A stretch of 64,000 bases of DNA from Camelus ferus (Eukaryota): NCBI RefSeq assembly GCF_009834535.1, contig NC_045707.1, positions 58,654,001 to 58,718,000 on the forward strand, given 5' to 3'. Of this stretch, positions 25,863 through 38,690 are shown piece by piece. A program made the translations under genes and the position numbers. The first letter of the stretch is position 1, and each line of letters begins with the position of its first letter. The notes below the pieces were generated by a model, which saw only the letters and a program-made list of their open reading frames with translations, searched no databases and had not been told where the DNA came from.

Positions 25863-26879
25863 GACTTTCATGAGCCCCAGTACTGCTGAGAGGTCTCCAC
25901 TGGTCTCAAATATTCAATTATGAGGGAGCACTGGGTTGACAGATAAGACAGGAAAGCGTAAGAGGCTTTATGGGAGAGCAGAACAGTAGAAGGGGAGAGA
26001 AGACGAAGGAAGAACCAAGACAGAGGCAGAGATTTTGCAGGGATGTGTGTGTGGCTGAAAGTGGAGCTAGAGGAAGAAAAAAATCGGTATCCTACACCTT
26101 TAGTCTGATTTATTATTATCGAAATTTGAACAATTTGTACCAACTTGAAATAACACCTATTCTCACATCTTTAGAAACTTTTTTAAGGGATAGCTTTACT
26201 ACAATAAAAAGAAATTGTGTTTTCAAGTGAAAAAGGCATAATTTGTTCTATCTTTGAGAAATCTATCACTCCCTAAAAGCAAGAAGGAGGTATAATAAAC
26301 TCGTGTTGAAAAGGCAAGTCTCAGAGAAGAGTTGAGATGCAGCGTAGGCTATCTGTCCACTGCACCAGGGTGTAAACCCACATGAGACCAGCGACAGTTC
26401 TATGTGAATAGCATACACCCTCACGTTGCTGCACTATTGTTGTTGGCATCACCACATGGGGAGCAATCATGCCATACAAATGTTTTGATACAGATGCATT
26501 TTTCTGAGTCTTGAGTGAATTAGGAGACAGATAAATGAACCTACCCAGGGAAGGAAAACTAGGTCTGTGTATTTTTTTTTTTCCAAGAGGACCAGGGGTC
26601 ACTTTGACTTGGAGTTCAGCAAATTCAATGTAAGAGAAAGAGAACCATTGGAATGTTGCTCTTAACTCTAAGGTGAGGTAAAATAAAGTCGTAGCAGGAT
26701 GCTAGGAGTCATCTGCAGGCTGTGAGAAATGAGTGTTCCTCCTTTATGACAATCAGACCGACATCTGGAACTTTCTCAGCAACCCCAAATGCTCTTCAAG
26801 CATGAGTGGCTTGAATTTATACAAGAGCAGACCCTGGGGACCTACAGTCTCAATTAGAGCCCCTATTTGGCACAAACCA

Positions 26880-27030
26880 TTTCTTTTCAATTTACTTTCA
26901 CAACAATTATTGAATACGGACTGTGTGCCAGGGACCATGCTGGGCCGAAGTAAAACAAAGGAGAATAAGGTACAGGGGAACTTACAGTCTAGTGGGAGAG
27001 CAAACCACACAGTTAACTCAATGTAGTGTG
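26880..27030 (-). mobile_element. L2 3' end
   Basis: 'aattattgaatacggactgtgtgccagggaccatgctggg...gggaacttacagtctagtgggagag'. Confidence 0.8.
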
Positions 27031-27369
27031 ATACACACAAAGATCCTTAGATCAAATTATTTTGAAAATTTTAACTGTTGCCAACCAACTAGTAAATGTA
27101 GCTTAGAGAGTTCCTTCTAGCTTTCCATGCCCTGCTCACTTATCTCCAATTTTGATCCTCATTACTGTTCTGCATGATTTTTCCCATTCAGGGCCAAACA
27201 GTATTTCTCTTTTATGAGCCTTACTGTCCCCCACCTCTCACTTTGGATCTTCAAGCCATCATAGTATCTTTGTTCATTTCATTTCTACCTATGGTTCCTA
27301 ACCCAAGTCACTTCCTGGGTCTTTAGCAGTACCACGCCATATTCATCAATTTAGCTAGTATTAACTTGT

Positions 27370-27895
27370 TTAAAGTGAAAATCTTGATTTCTACGGTCCA
27401 TTTTCTTGCTCATAAATCTTCTTCCATCTTACGAAATGCCAGCTTCAATCTACCTGCTTAGGCCAAAATTCTGGAATCTCTCTTGAATGCTGAGTATCTA
27501 ATCCATCAGAGAATTCTGCATGGTAACATTTAAAATACATCCAGATTTTGACCACTTCTTTTCTGGCCCAAAGTCATTATCTGAATCATCTTCTACCTGG
27601 TATCCTCTCTCCATCCTTGCCCTTCTTCAATCTATTTGGAGTGTGTAGTTTTTTCAAAGCGTAAGTTAGGTCATGTTTCTATTTTGGCTTAACATTCAAA
27701 ATTTTTAGCATGCCTATCAATTCCTATGCAATCTGTGCCTTACCAACCTCCAGCAAATCTTCCAACTTCATTTCCTTTTATTCTCCCTCCTCTGTCTCTC
27801 CAGGGTAGCTGTACTATAAAATTCTTCGAAAACCAGCTTTTTGTTTTGCTCACAGTCAGTGCTCAGGACTATATCTGGCATGTGGTAGTAATATT
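27370..27895 (+). mobile_element. L2 fragment
   Basis: 'cttccatcttacgaaatgccagcttc...ggccaaaattctggaatc...catccagattttgaccacttct'. Confidence 0.7.
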
Positions 27896-27904
27896 AACTG
27901 GCTT

Positions 27905-28135
27905 AGTAATTATTACTTGATTTTGAGCCCAGCTCTGTTTTATGTTAATAGCATACACTATCTCATTTATTCCTCACAATAATCTCAAGAGAGAGGTATC
28001 TCTTTGCTGTACACCTAAAAGTAACATTGTAAATCAACTGCACTTCAATAAAAAATGAAATTTAACAAAAGTAAATAAAAAAAGAGAGAAGTATGATTAT
28101 CATGCCAATTTTACAGATACAGAATTGGCAGGGAG
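27905..28135 (-). mobile_element. MIR SINE interrupted by an L1 tail
   Basis: 'tatctcatttattcctcacaataatc' resumes after the insert as 'gtatgattatcatgccaattttacagat'. Confidence 0.7.
28000..28081 (+). mobile_element. Extremely 5'-truncated L1 3' tail with TSD
   Basis: 'tttgctgtacacctaaaagtaacattgtaaatcaactgcacttcaataaaaa' plus A tail; TSD aagagaga(g/a)gtat at 27987-27999 and 28082-28094. Confidence 0.85.
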
Positions 28136-28429
28136 AGGTAGCCTGTACCCAGTAAATATTTGTTATCTCATTCAGGTAACAGTCACCAGGTGGGAACAGA
28201 GAGCTAGTTTTCTAACCTAAAAAATAAGGTAGATATTGGTTTGCATACTTCATGGGACTTCTATCAAAGACAGGAAAGAATGAGCAGATAAATGCATAAA
28301 TGTGTTATTTTTTCAACATAAAGTCCCATACAAATTGTTCAGTGTCCCTAATTCACTTCCACTTGGATCCTTTTGGTTAACAAATGACCAAACCCTGACT
28401 TCCCATCACGTTTGTCATTATTTTACCTC

Positions 28430-28682
28430 TTTTTGTCCAGCTCAGACACCGCTTTCTCCAGGAAGCCTTCCTTGAACTCCCATTCTCTTCCATCACCTCT
28501 ATGCCTGGCACACACGACTACCATTAGGCTTTGGTGCACCTTACACATTCCTTGTTTGTGTTTCTTTCTCCTCTATCAGACTAGGAACCCTCTGAGGACA
28601 ACAACTTTGTGCCATTCACCTCTGAATTCCAAAAGCCAGGCACAAAGTAGGTGCCAAATAATTGCTTATTAAGTGAATGAAT
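28430..28682 (+). mobile_element. L2 3' end
   Basis: 'tctccaggaagccttcc...ccaggcacaaagtaggtgccaaataattgcttattaagtgaatgaa'. Confidence 0.8.
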
Positions 28683-29760
28683 AACCCAACAATACCCATT
28701 AAGACCAACAATTTAAAGAAATATAATATTTGAACCTAAACAGGAGTTAAACTATATATCCAGGAAAAACAATTTAGATTGATTTGCTTACATGGATTAA
28801 AATAAATGTCCTCTTCAGATGAATCACCATGAGCTACTGCCTCCATAGAGTCTGGGGGCACCTCTCCTCCTGCTTTAGTTGCTCTCTCAGAAACCAGACA
28901 CTGAAGTTCCATTTGCAACGAAAGCCACAGAACAGCCAGGAGCGTGACAAAGTTTGGAGATGGATTAACTGTTCTGTGATCATAATACCCACAACTCAGT
29001 TCAAAACAAAGGCATAATGTTTTGAGGCCCAAAGTGAGAAGAGGCCTGAACTGTGCACTCACACAGCTGTGAAGGTAACTTTGCAGACTCGGTTTTTGGC
29101 TCTTCGCTGATTCCTGACTGTTGTAACTCTGGGTTTTTATACTTCAGTTCAATCCTATCAGGCTGTTTCAAGCCTGTCAGAATATAAAGTCCAAAGAGTA
29201 TTACAATGGTGATTGGAAAGAACATAAGATTAATTTGCAGTAGAAAGAAGGCATTTTATAAATGAACGTGAAATGCCTGGAGGCCTACCAAGAATGCCAG
29301 CCACGCACTAGTTTTTCAGCTCGGATCTGCTGTGCACAGCGCGCCACGGCCTTGGGAGAAAGCCCCCACGTCAGATGTCATGGGAAGTGCTCAGCCAGGC
29401 ACACAGAAAGGCACATTGCATCAATGATATATGACAGCCCTGGCAGTGATTTTTCTGCTTCAGTGGCCAACTCGTCCAAAGTCTGGACAAGCCAACACAC
29501 AAATAGTTCATAAAGAACTGGGCTGTCAGAATCATCTTTACAAGGCAGTGACTAGGACGCTTCTTTTAATGAACACTTCACATCCCTGTGTAGCCAGGAA
29601 TGTCTTAACCACTAAAATATCCAGGAAAGGAGACACAATACTACTAGGGAGGGAGGAAAGCAAAGATACCATTAGCTCCACATTCATTCTAATCTGCAGA
29701 AAATAACTATTTCTCATCGTTGTGTTTTGAGATTGCTATCTCATTCCTCATTAACTTTTA

Positions 29761-29853
29761 TTCCTTTATTTATTTTGATGGAGGCACTGGGGATTGACCC
29801 CAGGAACTCGTGCATGCTAAGCATGTGCTCCACCACTGAGCTATGCCCTCCCC
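29761..29853 (-). mobile_element. tRNA-derived camelid SINE (Vic-1-like, short form) with TSD
   Basis: Same head as the 4276-4411 copy; flanking direct repeat 'cattaactttta' at 29749-29760 and 29856-29867. Confidence 0.88.
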
Positions 29854-30059
29854 ACCATTAACTTTTAATCTAATCTAACAGCATTTTATACTTCTAGTGC
29901 CCGATACAGAGTAGATACCTTGGCACTAAAATAGGAAGAATCATGGGGGTTAATATGTACACATCTTACACCAGGCAATTGCTAGGTCCCCCCCCCCACA
30001 CACATTTGATTAATTTTCTAGTAACAATAATGCTGCTGATGGTGGTGGTGGTAAATTGA

Positions 30060-30280
30060 TGGTAGATTACTTTATTAATCTCTTTTTTAGATTCCAGGTG
30101 CTTTTCTAAGTGCCTCACATGCATTATTTTATTCACTATTCACAACAACACTATCAGGTCGGTTACAAGGAACTAGTTTTATACCAGTTAAGTAATTTGC
30201 TCAATAGCAGATGACTAGTAAATAGAGGATATGGAATTCAAACCCAGGTGGTCATATTTTGGGGCCCACAATTTCTCCAT
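30060..30280 (-). mobile_element. MIR SINE
   Basis: 'ctaagtgcctcacatgcattatttt...cacaacaac...gttaagtaatttgctc...ggaattcaaacccagg'. Confidence 0.75.
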
Positions 30281-30669
30281 AATTAATTTAATCTGACATC
30301 ATCTTATCCACTCATTTTTTTCCCTAACTTATCCCGGGTAGATGTGTCGAAGGATTTGGGGAGAGAGCTCAGTGTTCCTTTCCTGGGTTCAAATGGACAT
30401 ATTTGACTTTGGCTTAAAATTTCAAGTTAATACAGGGGTCTAGGACTTAAAATGCCTTGGAACACTGCTTCCTTGTTCTTGAGCAATGCTTCCATTGCAT
30501 TGAAAGAAAAACTGAAACCTGCAAAGTGCTGGAGCCCAGTGGATGCTCAATTGCTGCTTGCTATTAAAGGACCACATCATTCTGTTTGCCCTCATAAAAT
30601 CTTCATGACATTATATTTTTAGACTGGAAATTTTAATACTATCTTGATGAATAAATGAACTATGTGTCC

Positions 30670-30905
30670 TCCAACATTTATGGACCATTGATTCTGGGCA
30701 CAGTGCCAACTGTTTCAAATATGCTACGTTAGTACGTTTTGCTTCACAATAATACCATGAAGTAGATTCCATTATTAGCTTCACTTTCTAGAGGAAAACC
30801 TTGACTCCTAGAGAGACTTTCACAGATTCAGGTCTGGTGAGTGGTGGATCTGGATTGTTCTCCACCTGATCCCAAAGCACCCCCTCCAAGCAACTATCCT
30901 CTTCT
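30670..30905 (-). mobile_element. MIR SINE
   Basis: 'cttcacaataataccatgaagtagattccattattagcttcactttctagaggaaa'. Confidence 0.6.
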
Positions 30906-31099
30906 GCACTTCTACGACATTCTTTCTACCCTTCACTCCTCGACAAACTGTGGTTTCTGTTATTGTTAGGCGGTATAGCTGTGAAATCTTCCACTAAAAC
31001 TGATTTTGTCTAATAAAAATAACATTGCAGAGGGTGTTCACTTGCCTGAATAAACAGATGCTGACATCTGTGCATCAAGATACTCTTTCAGAATCGAAC

Positions 31100-31900
31100 G
31101 TTACATACAGCTAAAGCCTCTCCCTTGTCCCCTCCCTTCTTTCTGAGCTGTAGTCATGTCCCTGAAGCTGGTAGATAGATGTATAATTTTTATATTTGAT
31201 AAAATATGGATATCTATGTAAATATACATGTTATTTTCTAGGTTTAAAATTTTTTATGTAAACTTTCTAAAATACATGCATTTCTTACATTGAATACATT
31301 TTTACAAGTTCAAATCATTTAATTGTTCTAAAATTCAACTTAGTTTTTCAAAATCACTCTGGCTATAGCAATTTATTCAGGTCAAAACACATGGATTTGT
31401 AGTTCATTTGTTTTCATTTGGTTCATGATCCTCCTGTGTGAACAAAGTTTCTCCATTTCCATAGTGAAGAATAATTAAGTTGTTGCTATGTTTCACTCTT
31501 ACAAAGGGAGCAGACCTGAGCATCCTTGTACGTAAGTCCTGGTGGAAATGGGCCAAAGTTTCACTAGGGAGTCCACCTCATAGGAAAACTGGTGAGTCAG
31601 AGCTCATGAGCACAATCAAGTTCAGCAGGTGCCTGAAGGCGCTCTCCTGTGTGGTGGTACTGATTCCTACTCCAACCAGCGATGTCCATTAGGTCTTCCC
31701 TTTCCACATCTGCATTGCCAGTTTGGTATAAGATTAATTTGGGTCAGTCTCTCTTAATTCATCTTTGAGATGTTATTAGTGAGCTTAAGCATCTTTTGAT
31801 GTATTTATTGGCATTCTCAGTTTTTTCTTAGTGAAATGTCTACTCTTTTGCCCATTTTTCTTCTAGGCTGTTCGACTTTTTCAGATATATTTTCTTCATT
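31100..31900 (-). mobile_element. Old L1 (L1ME-like) 3' fragments
   Basis: 'gtgagcttaagcatcttttgatgtatttattggcattc...gtgaaatgtc...ttttgcccatttttc'. Confidence 0.65.
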
Positions 31901-32979
31901 TTGCCTTGTCCTTTCACTTTTAGTTTCTTTTTATATAAATTTTTACCCTGGTAGAGGCATCTTGAATAATCAATTTCTTTACAGTTTTTGCCTTTTTGTT
32001 TGTTTCATGATTAAAAAATCCTTCTTTCACCTGGAAGGGGCTCAAGACCTGGGGAGACTGGTAGACCCAACTGGTCGATCCAGCTGGAACCACTCTTGTG
32101 GGCACCCTTTGCTCATCCACCTCTCAAGCCAGATTCCCACCAGAATCTACCACATTCACAGGGGGCATCCCTTCACGCCTCTCCCCCACTGGTTCCTGCC
32201 TCTTCCTTGGTTCATGAATCAAACATTCCAGCAATTCCTCTTTCTTTCAAGACCCCAGCAGCCCATGGAACCAAGGTAGCTGCTTGGGTCAGATACAGTA
32301 GCAGCAAGGGGAGTAGAGATATATTCTGGCTACCATCTTCCCATAATTCCTCAGTAGTTGTTCTCTGTCATTGATCAGTTTCTTTCATAGCACTTATTCT
32401 AAGATGTGTGTTCATATGTGTAATATTTTTTACTTGTCTTCCCAGAATTCCCTAGTAGTGATTCTCTATCACTGCACGAATGGTTTTTTTATGAGGTGCA
32501 CATTTGTGTGTATGTTACTCTTGCTCTTTTGCTGTCTGACTTCTGCTCTGTTCTGTCAGTTCCTCGAGGATAGAAACCACATGTGTTCACAGTTACCTAC
32601 TGGCACTTCTGGGATAGAGCAGCAGCATTGTACAAAAATTTATGTTAACTGAATTAATACATGAGGGGTTGGATTTCCCTGCAATATCTGGAAGGGTGCT
32701 ACTCTCTGATGCTAACTGAGGCTACTTCTTGCAGCCTGTTGACCTGAAGATGGATTTATAACCCTTTGTGAAAAGTGATAAACCAAAAAGTACACATATC
32801 TGGATAAAAGGCCATGTGGCTTCCACTCTTAGGTAGTGTGTACAGAAGGGTCAAACTTCCACCCCTCCAAAATCTACCTTGAATCTCCACCAGTATTCCA
32901 ATATAAGAGTATTTGAGGCCCAATTTACTGCACTATTTGTTTTGGCCACAACAATTTCAGTAGGAAAAATTTTTATTTT

Positions 32980-33142
32980 AATTTTTTTTAATTAAAAAAA
33001 ATTTTAATTGAAGTATTGTCACTTTAATTTCTCATGTACAGCATAGTGATTCAGTTATACATATATATATTCCTTTTCACATTGTTTTTCATTACACGCC
33101 ATTATAAGATACTGAATATAGTTCCCTGTGCTATACAGTAGG
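32980..33142 (-). mobile_element. 5'-truncated L1 3' end (cetartiodactyl type) with TSD
   Basis: 'tgtacagcatagtgattcagttatac...atagttccctgtgctatacagtagg'; TSD cagtaggaaa(a/t)atttt at ~32958 and ~33136. Confidence 0.88.
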
Positions 33143-36027
33143 AAATATTTTAATGGCAATGTATACCCTAATTTTATTTTGTAGAGAAAATTGAGATACA
33201 AAGAAACTAAGGTTTTAGGTCACATAATCAGTCAGCTATGGTGTAAGACAATACCAAGCTTACAATGACAAACACTCTTTTATAGTGAGATGAATCAAAT
33301 GATAAAGCAGTCACTTGTGGGCTTAGAAGCTCCCTAGGAAAGATGGCGGAAGTACTTGAATATGCTACATCAGAGAAACAATTACAAAAGGTAATCTATA
33401 GTTTGATAGGAAGAAGACAGTGTGGAACAAAGAGAGCAATCAGGACCAATTACCGGATACAGGAGAGGAGCCCACATTCGTAACATGGACGAAAAGTGAA
33501 TTTGTGAGGCGTAACATTGTCCATGTTGCACTGTATAGGTAAAAATGTAGTCATATGTTTTTTTAATTTTACTTTGTTATAGATTTTTATATAGAAGCTT
33601 TACAATGTTTGTAGCTATGTGGCCTTCCCTGGAAGGGGAGCAGAAATAAGGGGGAGGCTGTGCTGGGTCATGTGTACAGGTTTGCACAAACACATACACA
33701 CGGATATGCATACACATGATTGCTTTTGATGTGATATATAGCTCTTCCAATCTCTCCCTCTCTTTTTTTCAATCTTCTCAGTCCCAAACTTTGTCAGTTC
33801 CACTACAGACCTATTCCTACCACACTTGGACTCCTCACTGTCCAAACATACAGTTCTACTACCTAAGTAGCTTTGTAGCATGATACCACATCCCCCATCT
33901 AGTTTTAGTCACTTTGCCTTCAATCTGCTATTATCATTAAGCTACAACCTGGCCATAGACACTTTCTAGCTTCATGTCAATTCCCTGACCCATCTGTTTT
34001 CTTAGACTATTGTGACAAACTATTGACAGTGGAAGTGACCAACTCAATTAGGCTAACAGCATCCTTGTGGCTGCTAGGTTGTCCCCCTGGAGCTATGGTG
34101 ACCAAGTGGAAGGCTTGAGTGGCCATGTTAAGATCCCAGTGTCTTTAAGATAATAGAGTCAAAGTATTGCCTGGTGTTCTTGCTGCTCATTTATGTGGGA
34201 GCCAGTAAGTCTTTCTCCTTCACTCTCCACTTGTGAAATTTAGCCTATGAAACTTATATATATATTCAACTCCACCATCTTTTTCTTGTGATCTGTTTTG
34301 TCTTAAAGATCAAGGGCATTGTATTTATATGAACATTCACCAGCATCAGTTACGTACGATTTCTTTGAGATACAGATTTAGGCAACATAGTTTTAGTGCA
34401 GTGAATGGCATCTCTTTGTTTCACAGTAGAAAATTTTCTAGCTCTCCTTGGAATTGAGAGTTAATTAATAATCATTACATTTGTTTCTCCTAGGTGCCAA
34501 ATCTTTTGGATAGAAAAAGAAATGCTTGTTTAGTCACGTTAAGTTTAGTGATTGTCAAACATCCAGATGTCCCAAGATACCCAGATGTTTGGTACAATGT
34601 AAAAAGAAATAAATAATTTGCAGTACTTTGGTTCAAAAACAATGATGTTATATAAATGGGTAAATATCTACATACTAAATCCTCAGTCTGGTTTTCTATA
34701 GGACCTAAGAATATAATATTAAATTAAAAATGAGTATCATTTTGACATGCTTGACCTCATTCAAAGAGCAGGGGATTTATTTTTGAAGTGGAGGTTTTAC
34801 TTTTGGAGCAATGACTCACCTATGAGGAATAGAAAATACTGTCCTGTGAATTTAAGGTTCTCTTCATCCATAACAATCAGCTAACTAAAAGTACTGATCT
34901 TGTTTTTAAGATACTCTTTTTGAGTCAGCAAAGAGGACAGATGGCCCATTTTTCATGTCTATGGATCTGTTTAATGTTAACAGCAGTCAGTACAACCTTA
35001 AGACCCAAAGTCTGTTTTATCACTTTGGTGTATTTCATTGCAGTATGTCAACAGCAAATAGTTCTTGGAAATTATTGTGGCGTTTCAAAAGAATAAGGTT
35101 ATTTATGCTTATGTTTATAACATAACATACATTCTCCACAGTTTCTGTAGCTGATAGGGAATACTGCTGTACTTAAAAACAAATTTGAATTCAGTTTGAA
35201 TTCAAGCAAACTCAAATATCTGAAAATGTCATTTCTACGACCATACTCTGATACATTTATTTTATTTGATGTATCGATATATAAAATATCTAGGTAGTCA
35301 ACTCAGATAACACATGATTCCCAATTTCAATGAGATGGTAATCTGTATTTGTGGGAATTTAAATTTTACCTAGATAACATTTCCTAGTCTATATTTGAGA
35401 AAATAATCCCACAAATACATGCCAATCATCTTATAAAGCTCTAAGGTTTTTACAGCCTGGACCAGGGCCTTTGATTATTCGAATACTCCATACATCATAG
35501 GAGCCATTTAAATCACTGTCTTTAATATGGATTATACATCAAAATACAAATGATTACTCTATTAAGCTCTGCTGTGGGGAGAGGTTAAAATCAGTTGGAA
35601 CAGCCTTCTCCTGTTCTTTACAGCCTGTGACAATGGTTTCTATATTAGTCTTTTTTTTTCCACTGTGATTTTTATGTTCAATAGTCTCTATTCATTCTTT
35701 TTTCCCTCATACTTTGTAGGGTATTCCAAAACACCCTAAATCAGAAGTGTTACAGGTGCTGGAGATTCTGGGTTGTAGCCTACATCATTCCCTTGTCAGA
35801 AAAGAATTTTTAGGTGGATCTTGTGCATTCTTTTAATTCATGTGACTTTTTCATTCTACCCCTTAGTATAGCTGAGTTTACTTATCACTGACCATTGAGC
35901 ATCATTGACTGTTCATGAAGTTGTACCATGTGGTTTAAGTATCCATTAGCATCTAGGGGCAAGCTAGTACACATCAGACCTCTGTGAAAATCTAAACTAG
36001 GGAACAACTCCCCTCTCTTGTTCCCTG

Positions 36028-36182
36028 TATGTTTGTGTGTGTGTGTGTGTATATATTTGTATATGTGTACATGGCAATTACATATAATTATATCATGTAT
36101 TTATATAACATAATGTATAATTTATATGATTATGCAATACATAATTATATTATGTGTAATTATATACAAAAGCCATTATATA
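36028..36182. repeat. (TG)n plus TA-rich low-complexity tract
   Basis: gtgtgt run followed by repeated tataat/atata units. Confidence 0.8.
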
Positions 36183-36414
36183 ATTCTGGAAAAGGATTCT
36201 GGCATAAAATAGAATAGAATCTTACAGAATATTTCATCCTTCAAAAAGCAGCCATGGGTTCTGCCTTTAAAAGACAATTTATTACTATTAGATAAAATAA
36301 TATAAAATATGAAAGGCTTTTAATAAAAGCATGGGTATAATTATAATGGATTCAAGCATCACATTATGACATCTGCCCCAACTACTCCAAGGATATATAA
36401 TTAATGTTATTTTT

Positions 36415-36660
36415 AATAGTTACTTATTAAGCTCCTACTATGTGTCAGACACTGAACTAAGCGCTTTACATATATTGTCTATTTTAGTCCTTACAACGAC
36501 CCTTGAACAAGGAAGATATTGACATTCTTACCATTTAGAGATGAGAGAATTTGAGGGCTGGAAAGGGTCAGAGCTATGAGCCTAGTGGAGGGAGGTGGAG
36601 AAGCCAGAATTAGTGACTGACTCTGAAGTCAATGTCCTCTTTCCCAGCATTGCTCTGCCC
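36415..36660 (-). mobile_element. MIR SINE, near full length
   Basis: 'acttattaagctcctactatgtgtcagacactgaactaagcgctttacatatatt...ccatttagagatgagagaatttgagg'. Confidence 0.85.
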
Positions 36661-38529
36661 CTCAAATGATGGTCGAGGGGTTAAGTTAGTGCCCAGTAAG
36701 TAAAAAAAAAAAAAAAAAGAGAGGGTAAACTTAATCTGATGATTCTATTCATAGCTTATGGAAATCTTAGAAAAAATTCTTTCACAGGAAGCAACAGTCT
36801 TCAAAACCAGAAATACAATGCTTAATTTTAGTTTTAGAAAATTTTTCTCTGTTCTGCCTAACACACATTTGTACAGAAATATTTCAGAAAATGAATCAGA
36901 AAAGAAAATGAATAGTACTTTTTAATAATTTGAAATTTAAATGCCAAAAAATAGCAGAAGACAGCATGTAATTTTTAAAATAAGCATTTTATTTCTAAAA
37001 GGGCCAGAAAGATTGAAATGCTAATACTGAATGGCCCAGTGCTTATTTTTAATCAGCTTTTTAAAGTCCTCTTCAGCTAACAACATGTAGAAAAAGCAAA
37101 AAGTACATAAAGCTCTTGTCAAAAGTTTATGTCTTTATCCAAACAATTTGTATTTATCCTTGTAAACACTGCATGGTCAACCACCCCAACACCTCGCTTA
37201 ACACCATTTTATTTAAAAAGAGGAATATTCATAAACAGTCTCAATTACTTTCCCATTGAATGCCCAAGTCAATCACGAATGATTCAAAAAATTATGTAAT
37301 TTCCCTTCCTATTTGGAAACATCAGATGGGATCAGACTGCCATTTCATCAACAAGAGGCAATGGAAAGAGAAATGGACAAAACGCTGGAAACTGGAAAGC
37401 AGACAAATCTGTTTGGTCATGTGGGTATTGCATCCAATAGTATGATTTGGCTGCAATCATGAAAGAACAAGCAGTAGTTCAAGGTCAAAATTAGCTCAAT
37501 GGCAGTGCTGTGTCTTTGGGATCAGGAGCCCATTCCTGGAAGGAAAGTGCCAATATGTATCAATGAATAGCTTCTTGTACTTTAGAGGTGGGGCTGGCGA
37601 GATCCAGTGGGGCCAAGGCTTTGTCTAAGGGAGCTCGGATCTTGAAGCAGACACTCTATGGTAGGTCAGTGCAGTGGCTGGAGCTGGGCAACAAAGGCGG
37701 GGCTAGAACTTGCTGGGACTAGTGGGAAGACACTCCAGGCCCTACGCACTGCTGGGCTGAGGCTGGCAGTAAAGCATCTGACCTTCGTCAGGTTTGACTC
37801 AGGAATTGACGAGGGTGGGTCCGGCAAGTGAGAGAAAGGAGAAGAAAAACCCACCAGTGAACTACTTACACTGGTAGAGAAAATTTAAAAATTGTCTCAG
37901 TTAATTAAAAAAAAAAAAACCCCACAACCACTCCAATTATTTAGGATCTCCCAGACAATGTGACCGGATGACTCTTCATTTTCAAATAAGCTCTTTAAAC
38001 ATTACTAATTTGTAGCCAACCCTGGAGAATGAGCTTTATGATACAAATAGTTTTCACACTTAATAGTCTTATACATGGACTCACATGGAATGTTTGACAC
38101 GGTACCCACTACGGGAAAACAAAACCAAGGAATAGGAATCACCATTATGTTTCATCTGATCAGCTTAGTTTTAAAAAATCTAAAACCATAGATGTACCCA
38201 CCTCCAAAGAAAGCAGTAAGGAATTAACAGAAGGCACAAAGGTGATGACATATAGAATGTCACGGTACTTCTTAGGAGATTTTAGTTCTCTCTCTATTCT
38301 TAAAGCAGATATAGTTTGTGACTTATAATCATCCGATCCATATTTACCTCTAATTTGCATACTTGCCCCTTCCTATGATTTTCTAAAAAGATGACTATAG
38401 GATGAAGAAGATAGAAATCCTGATAGAGTAAAATCATGCCTGGCATCACTGTCATTCTCTCAGACTCCACAGACTTGTTTTATAAAGAGGAAAGGCTCTG
38501 TCAAACGTGATGAATAGTGGCATCACGGA

Positions 38530-38690
38530 CCACAGAGGAGGAGGTGACCTTGGAGATCAGATAGCCAACATCCTTCTTTTACAAATGAGGAAAGTAAGAC
38601 TTGAGGATTAAGTTCACAGAACTAATAGTAGACATTTTAGATCTAGAACATAAATATTAAAGCATCAGAAGCACTTCCCCGCAGCACAAA
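38530..38690 (-). mobile_element. MIR-family SINE
   Basis: 'gaccttggagatca...ttttacaaatgaggaaagtaagac...tcacagaactaatag'. Confidence 0.65.

Noticed and set aside
29761..29853. Possible tRNA gene (also 4340-4411)
   Set aside because: A-rich tail, TSD and imperfect stems show these are SINE copies
29900..29926. cgatacagag similarity to U6 snRNA
   Set aside because: Match is only about 10-15 nt, with no flanking U6 sequence
31836..32279. 147-aa hydrophobic ORF
   Set aside because: Starts in T-rich antisense old L1 sequence, so the Phe/Leu richness is compositional; no homology recognised
33480..33529. 13-bp stem hairpin (aacatggac/gtccatgtt core)
   Set aside because: Stem too short and loop too large for a pre-miRNA; expected by chance in 64 kb
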